From assembly GCA_045226015.1 (NCBI GenBank), contig JBGVBY010000021.1, positions 17,485 through 81,484 of the forward strand: 64,000 nucleotides of DNA, written 5' to 3'. The translations under genes and the position numbers were made by a program. The notes beneath the pieces are model-generated. The model worked only from the letters and a program-made list of their open reading frames with translations. It was not told the DNA's origin and ran no database searches. Below are positions 28,925 through 39,525 of the stretch, in pieces (positions within the stretch are counted from its first letter, which is position 1; each line of letters opens with the position of its first letter). The stretch is from Bacilli bacterium (lineage in GTDB: Bacteria > Bacillota_I > Bacilli_A > RFN20 > CAG-826).

Positions 28925-29888
28925 GAAGACCATAACAAGACAAGTAACAAATTATTTTTTAGTTATATTAGGAACGTTTCTATTGGCTTTTGGTTCTGTC
29001 ATTTTTCTATCTGAAGCTGAATTAGTTGCGGGTGGAGTAAGCGGTATTGCAATTATCATTCAACACTATATTGAAACACCTGTTTACGATTATATCGTAG
29101 CTGGATTGATAGTAGGGTGTTGGATTATTGGACTATTATTTGTTGGTAGAGACTTCGCCTTAAAAACATTATTGTCTTCAGTTTTATACATCGGATTCAC
29201 ATTCTTATTTAAGCGTGTAGATTTCTTCTTAGAATTAGCACACCAGTTCGCATATACATATAGAATTGTTGACGGTGTTGGAGTCGAAGCACAAGAAGTT
29301 GGAAATTTAATCTTATGCGGAATCTTTGGTGGCGTCTTTGTTGGAGGAGGCGTTGCCTTTGCTTTCTTAGGAGGAGGCTCATCAGGTGGAGTTGATGTTT
29401 TCCAAGTTCTTTTATCTAAGTATCTCAACATTAAAGAATCTTTATCTTCATTTATTATCGACGCTTCAATCATTGTTGTTGGAATGTTAACTGTTTCATT
29501 TGACCCATCTAATAGTAAATGGAACCTAAACCCAGCATTATGTGGCATTCTATCAAGTTTTGTTACCGCAGTCTTAATTGAAATCGTTTATATTCGTAAT
29601 CAGTCTGCGTATCAAGTCGACATCATTTCAGACAAATGGGAAGAGATCAGTAGATACGCTCAAGATGAGCTTGATAGAGGCGCAACAATCATTCCAGCGA
29701 AGGGTGGTTACAAAGGTGAAGAAAGAGTAATTCTCCGTGTTGTTTTTGATAAACTTCAATATGAAAAAATAAGACAATATATTGCATCAATAGATCCAAA
29801 AGCATTCGTCACATTCACTCAAACAAATGCTGTATTTGGAGAAGGCTTTAAGCACAACCATAAATTAAAGAAAAATAAGAAAAAATAG
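28917..29888 (+). CDS. YitT-family membrane protein (DUF161 + DUF2179)
   Basis: 323 aa. TM N-terminal domain with [13 protein letters not shown]-terminal DUF2179-like [21 protein letters not shown]. Confidence 0.8.
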   Translation: MDKKTITRQVTNYFLVILGTFLLAFGSVIFLSEAELVAGGVSGIAIIIQHYIETPVYDYIVAGLIVGCWIIGLLFVGRDFALKTLLSSVLYIGFTFLFKRVDFFLELAHQFAYTYRIVDGVGVEAQEVGNLILCGIFGGVFVGGGVAFAFLGGGSSGGVDVFQVLLSKYLNIKESLSSFIIDASIIVVGMLTVSFDPSNSKWNLNPALCGILSSFVTAVLIEIVYIRNQSAYQVDIISDKWEEISRYAQDELDRGATIIPAKGGYKGEERVILRVVFDKLQYEKIRQYIASIDPKAFVTFTQTNAVFGEGFKHNHKLKKNKKK

Positions 29889-29897
29889 GCAATTTGC

Positions 29898-31889
29898 GTG
29901 AAAAATATCGATAATTCCCACAAATTTGAAATAGTTTCTAAGTTCAAGCCAACAGGTGATCAACCCAAGGCAATTAGTGATTTAGTAACTGGATTAAACG
30001 AAGGAAAAAGACTTCAAGTTCTTTTGGGTGCGACTGGTACCGGAAAGACTTTTACGATGGCAAATATTATCGAGAAAGTTCAACGTCCAACACTCGTATT
30101 AGTTCATAACAAAACATTGGCAGGACAACTCTATTCCGAATTTAAGGAACTGTTCCCAAATAACCGCGTTGAATACTTTGTTTCTAACTTCGATTTTTAT
30201 CAACCTGAAGCATACATCCCAAAAAGCGATACCTATATTGATAAAACCGCTTTGATGAATGACGAAATCGAAATGCTTAGAACTAGTGCGATTAATTCTG
30301 TGCTTGAAAGAAGAGACACAATTGTAGTGGCCTCTGTTGCTTCTATTTATGGATTAACCGATCCTGATGAATACCGTAACCTTGTTTTCGATATAAGAGT
30401 TGGTGAAGAAATCAATAGACAAGCGTTCTATAAAGCGTTAGTGGACGCTCAATATAAGAGAAACAACCTAGATACACCTCCAGGAAGCTTTAGAGTTAGA
30501 GGCGACATTATTGAGATTGTTCCTGCCAACATGGAAGATCACACCATTATAAGAATTGATACCTTTGGTGATGAGATAGAAAAGATATATGAAGTAGATT
30601 TACTTAGTGGTGAAATCAAACATTCATATAATACATACCCAATTTTTCCAGCGTATGACCACGCTTCAACTAGAGAAAGAATCAAAGAAGCATGTAAAAC
30701 CATAAAAGAAGAACTTGCTGATCGTCTTTCATATTTCAGAAAGGAAGGAAAACTTCTAGAAGCTGAAAGACTTGAGATGCGAACAAATCAAGACGTTGAA
30801 AACATGGAAGAATTTGGCATGTGCCCAGGAATTGAAAACTATTCTAGACACATTGATAAACGTCTTCCGGGTCAAAGACCATTCTGCTTAATTGACTACT
30901 TCCCAAAGGATTTTATCCTTTTCATTGATGAATCTCACGTTTCACTTCCTCAAATTCGTGGAATGTATAATGGAGATAGAAGTAGAAAAGAAACGCTTGT
31001 GGAATATGGTTTTAGATTACCAAGTGCTCTTGATAATAGACCTTTAAATTTTGAAGAATTCGAAGAGTTAATGCCTCAAACAATTTGCACTTCCGCTACT
31101 CCAGGTGACTACGAATTAAATCACACTGATAGTAAGATTGCCGAACAAATTATTAGACCAACAGGATTATTAGATCCAGAAGTTGAAGTAAGGCCAACAA
31201 GAGCCCAAATTGATGATCTCTTATTTGAGATAAACGACAGAGTTAAAAAGAATGAAAGAGTAATGATTGTTACTCTCACAGTAAAAATGGCGGAAGACCT
31301 TACTGCTTACTTAAAAGAAAGAAGTATTAAAGTTGTATATCTACATCATGAAACCAAAACACTAGAAAGAAGCGAAGTCATTTATCAACTTCGTAAAGGA
31401 AAATATGATGTCTTAGTGGGAATTAATCTTCTCAGAGAAGGTTTAGACATCCCAGAAGTTTCATTAGTAGCGATTCTTGATGCAGATAAAGAAGGCTTCT
31501 TACGTTCTACTAGAAGCTTAATCCAAGTTATAGGTAGAGCAAGTAGAAACGCAAAAGGCAAAGTCATTATGTATGCTGACAATATGACCGATTCTATGAA
31601 AAACGCGATAGATGAAACCAATAGAAGAAGAAATATTCAAAAAGCATATAACGATGAATACGGCATAGTTCCTAAAACAATTGTCAAAGAGATAAGACCA
31701 CCTATTCATAATTTAGACGATGATATAAGTGATGTTAATAAATTAACAAAACATGCATCAAGATCACAACTAGCTGCAAAAATTAAAGAACTCGAAAAGC
31801 AAATGCATCAAGCTGCTAAAGAATATGATTTTGAAAGAGCAGCAGAGCTTAGAGACATCATCTTAGAATTAAAGGTAGAAATAAATTAA
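29898..31889 (+). CDS. uvrB: Excinuclease ABC subunit B
   Basis: GTG start. [17 protein letters not shown], beta-hairpin region, C-terminal UVR domain (FERAAELRD). Confidence 0.95.
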   Translation: MKNIDNSHKFEIVSKFKPTGDQPKAISDLVTGLNEGKRLQVLLGATGTGKTFTMANIIEKVQRPTLVLVHNKTLAGQLYSEFKELFPNNRVEYFVSNFDFYQPEAYIPKSDTYIDKTALMNDEIEMLRTSAINSVLERRDTIVVASVASIYGLTDPDEYRNLVFDIRVGEEINRQAFYKALVDAQYKRNNLDTPPGSFRVRGDIIEIVPANMEDHTIIRIDTFGDEIEKIYEVDLLSGEIKHSYNTYPIFPAYDHASTRERIKEACKTIKEELADRLSYFRKEGKLLEAERLEMRTNQDVENMEEFGMCPGIENYSRHIDKRLPGQRPFCLIDYFPKDFILFIDESHVSLPQIRGMYNGDRSRKETLVEYGFRLPSALDNRPLNFEEFEELMPQTICTSATPGDYELNHTDSKIAEQIIRPTGLLDPEVEVRPTRAQIDDLLFEINDRVKKNERVMIVTLTVKMAEDLTAYLKERSIKVVYLHHETKTLERSEVIYQLRKGKYDVLVGINLLREGLDIPEVSLVAILDADKEGFLRSTRSLIQVIGRASRNAKGKVIMYADNMTDSMKNAIDETNRRRNIQKAYNDEYGIVPKTIVKEIRPPIHNLDDDISDVNKLTKHASRSQLAAKIKELEKQMHQAAKEYDFERAAELRDIILELKVEIN

Positions 31890-31963
31890 TATTATTTGTT
31901 CGTTTTTAGTTTCGTTTTAGTTTCGCGTTCTAATATATTCACATATCAAAGGAGGATGTTGAT

Positions 31964-34399
31964 ATGAAAAAGAAGAGTTTACCTTGTTATCTTGCTTTAG
32001 CATTTTTACTCGCTGGATGTGGAGCAAATAACGCAAGCGAAACACCAGTTGTAACTGTTGATCCAACTGTAACAAAAATCGAATTTGGTGAAGGAGAAAT
32101 CAAAACTAATTACCATTTTGGTGAATCTTTTACTAGACCAACAGTCTTAGCAACTTATAGTGATGGTACAAAAGAAGACGTCACAGCGTATTTAACAGTA
32201 AGTGGGTTCAATAGTAGAAAATTAGGAAATCAAACAGTTGTTCTTTCTTACGATGCATACGAATTAACTTATAGTGTTACTGTTGTTAACGAAATTAAAG
32301 AGATTCAATTAAGTGGACAAACAAAAGCGTTCGAAGTTGGTGATGAATTCTCTTTTGGAGGCGCTGTTTTTGCAGTATACGACAACGAAAGTGTTGTTGA
32401 TGTTACAAGTGAATCATCTTTCTCTGGCTTTGATTCATCAAGTGTTGGGGAATGTGAAATCACTGTTTCATATCAAAATTTCACCACCTCTTATGTTGTA
32501 ACAATTAAAGCAAAAAGTGCAAAAACAGTGAGCTCCCTACAAGTTAACGACCCTCAAACAGAATATGTTGTTGGTGATACATTCGTTAGACCAGTAGTTA
32601 ATGCAGTATATACAGACGAATCTTCTGAAGATGTATCTGATTTAGCAGTTTTCTCAGGTTATGTCTTAACCCAAGCAGGCACATATACTGTAACAGTTTC
32701 TTATGGTGGTGTTTCTACATCATACGAAATCACTGTTAAAGAAGACGAAGGAAACATTGATGATATAGATGACGGAGATGACACAATTTTTGGTTCATTC
32801 AAAATCACCACAAAAGATGGAGTTGCTCCAACAGTGGAAGACAACATTTACACAATCTCTGCGGCTGGATCATACAAAATCTCCGGAAAACTTGATAATG
32901 GACAAATCGTTGTCAACGCTCCAGAAGCTGAAGTTGAGTTATCATTCGAAGAAGCATCAATATCTTCAGATTTTGATTCACCAATTAGAGTTGTCACAGC
33001 AGACTCTGTTGATATTAAAGTAAAGAAGAATACATCAAATTATATTTATGATAATCGTGTCTTATCTTCTAGCGACACCGATCCAGAAGGAGCAGGAATT
33101 TACGTTGAAGATGGCGATTTAAAAATCAAAGGAACCGGAAAATTAGTAGTTAAATCAACCTATAACAACGGTATCCATGGTAAAGATGACGTCACTATTA
33201 AAAACGCTGTTGTTTTAGTTAGAGCTATCAATAACGGTATTAAAGGTAATGACAGTGTTACTATCGAAGAAACCCCAACAATCGATGTTATTTGTGGTAA
33301 CGACGGCATTAAAACCTCTAATACAGACGTCTCGTCTAAAGGAAATAGAAGAGGTAACGTTTCAATTACTGGTGGCAATATCCAAATCAACTCCTATGCA
33401 GACGGAATTGATGCAGCTTATGACGCTATTATCAGTAACGGTATAAAAGAAAACGATGACGGAACAACCGAAGAAACTTCACCAGTGATTGATATTTACA
33501 CAAATAAATATTCATCCTATTCTGAATCCGCTTTAGAAATTAATTCATTAGTGTCTAGAGCAACAAAACAAAAAGCTGCTGATTCTGCAAAAGGTATTAA
33601 AGCGTGTAATCTCTTAACAATCGATGGAGGAACAATTTACACCAAAACATATGATGATGGACTTCACGGCAACAAAACAAGTGATAATGTCCAAATCGTA
33701 TTTGAAGATGGAACTTATGCTACAGGTAACGTCACCATTAGTGGCGGAAGTTATACTGGTTACGCCAGCGATGATGGAATCCATGCCGATGGAACATTAA
33801 CAATCAGTGGTGGAGAAATTAAAATCGAAGGCGCGTACGAAGGTGTCGAAGGTAACGTTATTAACGTTACAGGCGGTAACACAGCTGTTGTTGCTAGTGA
33901 CGATGGAGTTAACGCTCAATCTTCAATCAACATCTCTGGTGGACTACTTGATGTCACTGTTTCTCCTAGTGGAGATACTGATGGTATTGACAGCAACGGA
34001 ACAATTACAGTTACAGGTGGAGTTATTATCACTCGTGGACCAAATAGTAACAATATGTCACCATTAGATGCTGACGGAACCATTGCCTTAAATGGCGGAA
34101 CCGTTATCATTGTTGGTAGAGATATGACTAGCTCCGGCGGTGGTGGAGGCGGCTGGTGGCTTAATCCAAACGAAAAGCCTGGTGGTCCAGGTGGTGGAGG
34201 CGGAGGAATGCCAGGAGAAGGCACAATCTCTGTTGGATCTAATATGACTACAACCGCTATTAAAAATGCTGGATTAAGTAAAGGAAGCTATACCGTTTCA
34301 TTTACAAATTCCACTTCCACAATTAGCTATACCAATATTTATACTTATTCTGGAGCAGTAACTGTTTATTCAGTTAACGGAACTGCGACAATTAAGTAA
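31964..34399 (+). CDS. Surface lipoprotein with Ig-like repeats, parallel beta-helix repeats and poly-Gly linker
   Basis: Signal and lipobox MKKKSLPCYLALAFLLAGC|G. Three Ig-like repeats homologous to those in the 1168-4413 lipoprotein (..GEGEIKTNYHFGESF..YSDGTKEDVT..). Repeated (D/N)G(I/V)x(G/A) beta-helix units (NGIHGKDDVTI.., NGIKGNDSVTI.., DGIHADGTLTI..). SSGGGGGGWWLNPNEKPGGPGGGGGGMPGEG low-complexity segment. Confidence 0.65.
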   Translation: MKKKSLPCYLALAFLLAGCGANNASETPVVTVDPTVTKIEFGEGEIKTNYHFGESFTRPTVLATYSDGTKEDVTAYLTVSGFNSRKLGNQTVVLSYDAYELTYSVTVVNEIKEIQLSGQTKAFEVGDEFSFGGAVFAVYDNESVVDVTSESSFSGFDSSSVGECEITVSYQNFTTSYVVTIKAKSAKTVSSLQVNDPQTEYVVGDTFVRPVVNAVYTDESSEDVSDLAVFSGYVLTQAGTYTVTVSYGGVSTSYEITVKEDEGNIDDIDDGDDTIFGSFKITTKDGVAPTVEDNIYTISAAGSYKISGKLDNGQIVVNAPEAEVELSFEEASISSDFDSPIRVVTADSVDIKVKKNTSNYIYDNRVLSSSDTDPEGAGIYVEDGDLKIKGTGKLVVKSTYNNGIHGKDDVTIKNAVVLVRAINNGIKGNDSVTIEETPTIDVICGNDGIKTSNTDVSSKGNRRGNVSITGGNIQINSYADGIDAAYDAIISNGIKENDDGTTEETSPVIDIYTNKYSSYSESALEINSLVSRATKQKAADSAKGIKACNLLTIDGGTIYTKTYDDGLHGNKTSDNVQIVFEDGTYATGNVTISGGSYTGYASDDGIHADGTLTISGGEIKIEGAYEGVEGNVINVTGGNTAVVASDDGVNAQSSINISGGLLDVTVSPSGDTDGIDSNGTITVTGGVIITRGPNSNNMSPLDADGTIALNGGTVIIVGRDMTSSGGGGGGWWLNPNEKPGGPGGGGGGMPGEGTISVGSNMTTTAIKNAGLSKGSYTVSFTNSTSTISYTNIYTYSGAVTVYSVNGTATIK

Positions 34400-34468
34400 A
34401 AAACAAATAATGATTGAATAAATCATTCTAATTAATTACAATTAACGTCAGCGAAAGGAGAAAAAGAT

Positions 34469-34702
34469 ATGCTTGCTTGGTACGATTGGGTATTACTTGC
34501 TACTAGTATAATCATTATCGTCTTATGCTTGTTACAAGGTGGTAAATCAGAAGGTGCTTCTGGTGCGATTACTGGTGGTGGACTTAACGTCTTCGTTAAA
34601 ACCAAAGAAAGAGGCGTAGAAAAAATCATTTCTATTCTCACCCTTATCATCGCGGCAATCTTCTTCATTCTCGCGATCTTGATTAAAATCCTTAACGGTT
34701 AA
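34469..34702 (+). CDS. secG: Preprotein translocase subunit SecG
   Basis: 77 aa, two TM helices. VLCLLQGGKSEGASGAITGGG..FF pattern typical of SecG. Confidence 0.75.
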   Translation: MLAWYDWVLLATSIIIIVLCLLQGGKSEGASGAITGGGLNVFVKTKERGVEKIISILTLIIAAIFFILAILIKILNG

Positions 34703-34721
34703 TAATCAAATATCAAAAAAT

Positions 34722-34751
34722 AGATGCTTCTTATTGAGGCATCTTTTTTAA
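34722..34751. terminator. Bidirectional terminator between secG (+) and the acyltransferase gene (-)
   Basis: AGATGCttcttattgagGCATCT stem-loop followed by TTTTTTA. Overlaps the minus-strand stop codon. Confidence 0.6.
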
Positions 34752-35819
34752 TTCTTTTTTTGGTAGCTTTATCTTCTTTATAAGATCAGTAGCAAAATCA
34801 ATTAGATAACGTAACGCTACTCCTCCTAATATTGCTACTCCCATAATAAATAAAGAAGTATAGATATCATTACCGTAACTAATATTCATTCTCTTAAAGA
34901 AAGCGTTAAAGAAATCAGATATAAGAAGTATTTCTAAAGATGATTTTCCTAATAAGGCCAAGATAAAGATAAGCCACTTTAAATACCTCTTTCCCATATC
35001 AAACGCTTTTGCGATAAGAAGTAATAACATAGGAGCAATTAATAAAAACGCATACCAATGTAAACCATATTCCCACATATAATCGCTTAAACATGTATAA
35101 ATAAGGATTAATAATCCAAAAGAGGCGATAAACATACCTAATATGATGAACCATCTTTTCTTATTCATCACGAGCTTATCTTTTAATGTCGCGGATATTG
35201 TCATTCCTAATAAGAACACTGGGAATCTAGAAAAGGCGATAAGACGATAATCTCCGTTTAGTCTAAAAGCAAAAACTACGGACACTAAAGCGATAAGAGA
35301 AACAAGGAGAATCTTTTTGCTGCTCTTCTTCATGAAGAAATGAATATAAACAGCGAGGAAATAAAATAACATCGTCGCATGAATATACCAGTTGCCTTGA
35401 CCTGCAAAGTTCATCCAGAAACCAGTGAAAGTAACAAAGCCAAAGACTTCTCCTCCTGTATAAGGAGTGGAGTAAACATAGCTACTCACCATCATTAAAA
35501 CAAATAGGTAAATAAGCCAGGTTGGTAATATCTTAATAAGACGGTTTTTGTAGAATGTCCCTAAATCATTTTTCTCTAAAGAGTTATATATCCCCATTCC
35601 TCCAAGTAGGAAAAAGACATCAACTCCTCCGTAACCGATTTCTTTAATAAAATTCAAAGTTTTATCAATAAAAGGAACACCAGAATTAAAGGTGATCGAT
35701 GAATGAAAAAATATCACCCATAAAATCATGATACCCATGATAACTGCGCGATATTTAGACAAATAAAAATAAGGGGTGTTTAAGTTATTAGCCTTACTTT
35801 TATTCTCAGTATTAGTCAT
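34731..35819 (-). CDS. Membrane acyltransferase family 3 (OatA/WecH-like O-acyltransferase)
   Basis: 362 aa, about 10 TM helices. Hallmark GGVDVFFLLGGMGIYNS. Confidence 0.75.
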   Translation of the reverse strand: MTNTENKSKANNLNTPYFYLSKYRAVIMGIMILWVIFFHSSITFNSGVPFIDKTLNFIKEIGYGGVDVFFLLGGMGIYNSLEKNDLGTFYKNRLIKILPTWLIYLFVLMMVSSYVYSTPYTGGEVFGFVTFTGFWMNFAGQGNWYIHATMLFYFLAVYIHFFMKKSSKKILLVSLIALVSVVFAFRLNGDYRLIAFSRFPVFLLGMTISATLKDKLVMNKKRWFIILGMFIASFGLLILIYTCLSDYMWEYGLHWYAFLLIAPMLLLLIAKAFDMGKRYLKWLIFILALLGKSSLEILLISDFFNAFFKRMNISYGNDIYTSLFIMGVAILGGVALRYLIDFATDLIKKIKLPKKELKKMPQ

Positions 35820-37398
35820 TAGAAGTTTTAATTAATGTGATAGTCGCTCTTTCGTTAGTGACTTCATCAAAATATATTGACCATCCAAATTCTTTTCCAG
35901 AATTTAGTAATTCTTTTCTTGGGAATTGAGCGCGATAGTTATGAATTGTGAAATAATCACCAGTTTTAAATAAATCCGCATTACAGAACCATGTTTTGCT
36001 TCTGCTATCTGCAGTCATATCGCCATAGATATCGTATTGTTTGTATCCACTTCTAAGCAACTTAAGTTGGTTATAAGAAGCAGAACCCGCTAAAGTGACT
36101 GCTCTTTCTCCAGAAGTGGTGTTACTAGTAGCAGCAACTACTTGTCCTTTAGAAGGCAAACCTGTAAGAGAACGTGTTCTAGCAGAATATAAACGTGAAT
36201 CAATATGCCATAAACGAACACCATATTCTTTAGGTCCAGCGTGATAATAACGGTATTGATAATCACAATCATGTTTGTTTAGTCCGGTTGGAGAATAAAA
36301 CTCAAGAATGAGATATTCATCAAATGGAGAACCAAATTTTTCTCCGTGATTTGATAAGACCACAATTTGTCCTCCGTCTTCAATTGGAGTAAGAGTGACT
36401 TTTTCAGTTTTTAATGGGTGATATGCCTTTGTCCAACCTAAAGAATATCTACTATATGGATCGTGAGCGCCAACGTTATGGTCTTGCATAGAGAAAGATA
36501 AGCTAGGAGCTGCTTGTCCTGAATAATCATAGTAATCTTGTAAGCCTAAAACGTGGCCCATTTCATGAATCAAGCAATGAGAGTCAACGATACAATGAGA
36601 TGTATCACCAGATCCGAAGCTAGAATAACCGGTCCTATTATATGCATCTTCTCCATGAGAATATAAGAAGTCATAACTGCTCCAGAAGAATGGGCAAGGT
36701 GTTGGACTATTAACGCTTGGAACAGAATTCATAATCCAATAGGTATACGCCCAAAGGTTATCACCTTGAATGCTGATGTTTTGATAATCAGGAGCAGCGT
36801 ATATCAAAATCACTCCATCTAGATAACCATCGCTATCAGAATCAAACGATTTCATTGTGCTATCAAATTTGGTTTTATACCAAGTAACTGCGCTTCTCAC
36901 TAATGAAGTAGTTTTATCTAAGTATGGATCACTATAGAAATACTCACTTGCGTATCCACATTGATACCAATCGGTAACGACACCAGTAAGATTAAGGTTA
37001 CCAAAAGAGTCTTTATAGTAATAAGATGAAACAGATTCCCAACCTGTTTCTTCTTCGGAGCCTAAATACGCTTTACGGATATCATCTCTAACATTTTCTT
37101 TATTGAGAATATAGTTTTCTGAATCTGTAAACCAAACAGGAACAATTAAGAGTTTTGGATTACCAGTAGAAGGACAGAAATGGGTGTTATAGTAGCTATT
37201 ATATCCATAGTCTTTATATGTAGTAGTCGCGTATTTACCATCAAAAGCGGTAATATCCATGTCATCATACTTATGATCATATGTATCAACTATGTTAACA
37301 ATAGGTCTAGAAGTTGGGGCATCCTGAGAACCACAACCAGTCATAGTGATTGCGGTTAATGATATTAATACGAATAAAAACTTACTACCTTTTTTCAT
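35812..37398 (-). CDS. Secreted zinc metalloprotease lipoprotein (HExxH; M6/InhA-like motif HEMGHVLGLQDYYD)
   Basis: Signal and lipobox MKKGSKFLFVLISLTAITMTGC|G. Start taken at 37398 rather than the track start 37440. Zincin motif HCLIHEMGHVLGLQDYYD resembles the immune-inhibitor-A family motif HExxHxxGLxDEYD. Confidence 0.55.
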   Translation of the reverse strand: MKKGSKFLFVLISLTAITMTGCGSQDAPTSRPIVNIVDTYDHKYDDMDITAFDGKYATTTYKDYGYNSYYNTHFCPSTGNPKLLIVPVWFTDSENYILNKENVRDDIRKAYLGSEEETGWESVSSYYYKDSFGNLNLTGVVTDWYQCGYASEYFYSDPYLDKTTSLVRSAVTWYKTKFDSTMKSFDSDSDGYLDGVILIYAAPDYQNISIQGDNLWAYTYWIMNSVPSVNSPTPCPFFWSSYDFLYSHGEDAYNRTGYSSFGSGDTSHCIVDSHCLIHEMGHVLGLQDYYDYSGQAAPSLSFSMQDHNVGAHDPYSRYSLGWTKAYHPLKTEKVTLTPIEDGGQIVVLSNHGEKFGSPFDEYLILEFYSPTGLNKHDCDYQYRYYHAGPKEYGVRLWHIDSRLYSARTRSLTGLPSKGQVVAATSNTTSGERAVTLAGSASYNQLKLLRSGYKQYDIYGDMTADSRSKTWFCNADLFKTGDYFTIHNYRAQFPRKELLNSGKEFGWSIYFDEVTNERATITLIKTSND

Positions 37399-37445
37399 AA
37401 TTGAGTCAACATTATAGCAAATTAAAATGCTATAAAACAAATTAT

Positions 37446-39137
37446 TTACATAATTGCCTGAATTAATCCCCAGATACCTTGAGTCTTTAAAATCTCAATG
37501 TAGTACGCAAGTTCGGCTTGAACAATTTCATCTAACGCTCTCATGGATCTCATCTCAATATCAGCGGTATCATCATATAAACGATAGCCGGTATCATAGT
37601 ATCGATACATGCTATTAACCATATCGGAATAACTCATAAAATTCGCATAATCGGGGTTATCAATATAGACATTGGATAGTTCTTCTTTAACATCTTTGTT
37701 TCCTTTATAGGAAAAGACTTCTAATCCAGTTGCGTTAGGAACCTTAACAGCGTATAGATTTCCAAACACTGACAACGCTGTGTCACATAAGCAGTGACTC
37801 ATAGAACCGGGATGGTCGTTATGCATGTTGATATTCATCATCATTAATCCATCAGTGTTAAGGTGATTATGCACTAACGAGAAAAACTCAACAGTTGTCA
37901 TATGAAATGGAGCGCTTATTGAAGAATAGGCATCCACAAGGATGATGTCATACATATTATTAGTTCTCGCTAAAAAGTTACGACCATCATCACAAACAAC
38001 GTTCACAGTTGGGTTCATATGGAAATATTCATATGAGAGATCAATGATCTTGCTATCAATTTCAACTGCAGTGATATTGCAATCGAGTTCCATATAATTT
38101 TTCATCATTGTCGCATAAGTGCCAGTGCCATTACCAAGAATAAGGACTTCTGGTTTATCTTTGACCAAATACTTGCTGGCAAGTAAATAGTCATAATACA
38201 TACCAGTTAATGAATCATCATCGTTAATCTTTGACTGAACTCCAAAAAGGATATTGGTGCTTAAATACACTCCTTTTCCTTGTCTATACACTTTTAAATA
38301 GTTGTATGTTGATTCAGTTTCTTTGATTGTAGTTCTATCATCCCATAACCCAAATGGAGCATTCACCGATAACACCAATCCAGCTATAAACAAGGACGAA
38401 TACACTGCAACTTTTGCAACCGTTTTATAGATACGGTTATGTTCTTTTCTCTCTTCTTTAGATAAAGACTTAACTTCTTCCTTACTCATCTTTGGACGAT
38501 TTTTAAAGTTATCCACTAAAGTTGTAATCGCATAAATAAGGCCGATAACCGCAATAAGCCCTCCAAAAAGAACAAAAGAATTACTTGTCCCAATAAATGG
38601 AATAGTTAAGAAAGTTGGCAAGAACGTACCTAAAATAGAGCCAATTGTGTTAAGGGCTTCTAATAAACCAATAACTTTGCCACTTACTTTTTCACCCATT
38701 GCATACTTAATTAAGCTAGGTGTAACTTTGCCTAAAAATAATAGAGGTGGCACAAAAAGAATTAAACAAGAGAACAGGGCTGCCCAAACGACAAGGTTAG
38801 TGGTAATAAAAGTCGCCAGTAATAAACTCACTCCAACAATAATGTACTTACCCACAAAAGGAATAAGAATGATGTATACACCAGCAAAGAGTAATTCTAA
38901 ATATAGTCTTAAATATGATGGTTTCTTATCAGCTTGTTTTCCTCCCCAATAATTACCAATTGCCATCGCAATCATAATCACACCAATAATAAGAGTCCAA
39001 ACAACTTGGCTAGAGGAAAAATAAACAGAAATTAATCGGGATGCACTCATTTCAATTCCCATTAAACACAAACCGACAACTGCCTCGGTTATAAAGTAAT
39101 AAATTTTGTTATTCACAAACAGCTTTCTATCTTCCAT
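37446..39137 (-). CDS. Fused polytopic membrane domain / spermidine-synthase-like (PABS) protein
   Basis: N-terminal ~230 aa with about 7 TM helices. C-terminal VLILGNGTGTYATMMKNYMELDCNITAVEIDSKIIDLSYEYF..DIILVDAY matches a class-I SAM/aminopropyltransferase fold. Confidence 0.6.
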   Translation of the reverse strand: MEDRKLFVNNKIYYFITEAVVGLCLMGIEMSASRLISVYFSSSQVVWTLIIGVIMIAMAIGNYWGGKQADKKPSYLRLYLELLFAGVYIILIPFVGKYIIVGVSLLLATFITTNLVVWAALFSCLILFVPPLLFLGKVTPSLIKYAMGEKVSGKVIGLLEALNTIGSILGTFLPTFLTIPFIGTSNSFVLFGGLIAVIGLIYAITTLVDNFKNRPKMSKEEVKSLSKEERKEHNRIYKTVAKVAVYSSLFIAGLVLSVNAPFGLWDDRTTIKETESTYNYLKVYRQGKGVYLSTNILFGVQSKINDDDSLTGMYYDYLLASKYLVKDKPEVLILGNGTGTYATMMKNYMELDCNITAVEIDSKIIDLSYEYFHMNPTVNVVCDDGRNFLARTNNMYDIILVDAYSSISAPFHMTTVEFFSLVHNHLNTDGLMMMNINMHNDHPGSMSHCLCDTALSVFGNLYAVKVPNATGLEVFSYKGNKDVKEELSNVYIDNPDYANFMSYSDMVNSMYRYYDTGYRLYDDTADIEMRSMRALDEIVQAELAYYIEILKTQGIWGLIQAIM

Positions 39138-39219
39138 AATTCTTTTCCTCTCACGGGTGATTATATTCGATTTTACTTTGTAAATCTTAAGATAATGATA
39201 TCATAAACTATGAGTATTA

Positions 39220-39247
39220 AAAAGAAAAATAGCCAGATTCAATCTGA
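39220..39247 (-). terminator. Rho-independent terminator for the minus-strand ispE-glmU-like operon
   Basis: On the minus strand: CAGATtgaATCTG hairpin followed by TATTTTTCTTTTTAAT. Confidence 0.55.
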
Positions 39248-39273
39248 CTATAATTCAAAATATAATTATTTAA

Positions 39274-39525
39274 TTATTTAATCGACATCGACTTATAGAA
39301 AACAAAGTTGTTATCTCCATCTATATAGCCGACTTCTTTCCCATTAATAATGATTGAACCATCATCATCAACATAGCCAATTTCTTTAGGTGGGAAAGAG
39401 ATTACTCCTTCATCTGATATCTCGGCAAATTTCTGGCCATTGATGAAGAGTTTGTTGTCATCAATATAACCAACTAGTTTGTCTTCGATATAGATATTTT
39501 TTCCAAAGGAATCAATTATTAGCAT
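39274..39525 (-). CDS. Small repeat protein (three (V/I)GY(I/V)DxD..(I)NG repeats; WG-repeat-like)
   Basis: 83 aa: VGYIDDNKLFINGQK / IGYVDDDGSIIINGKE / VGYIDGDNNFVF. Start overlaps the glmU-like stop by 7 nt. Coding status is plausible but unproven. Confidence 0.4.
   Translation of the reverse strand: MLIIDSFGKNIYIEDKLVGYIDDNKLFINGQKFAEISDEGVISFPPKEIGYVDDDGSIIINGKEVGYIDGDNNFVFYKSMSIK

Noticed and set aside
31899-31925. Short tandem repeat GTTTTAGTTTC x2 upstream of lipoprotein gene
   Set aside because: Only two short units and no spacers. Not a CRISPR array. Probably promoter-region slippage.
33916-34224. 102-aa Pro-rich minus-strand ORF
   Set aside because: Antisense mirror of the Gly-rich (GGN) linker codons in the beta-helix lipoprotein.
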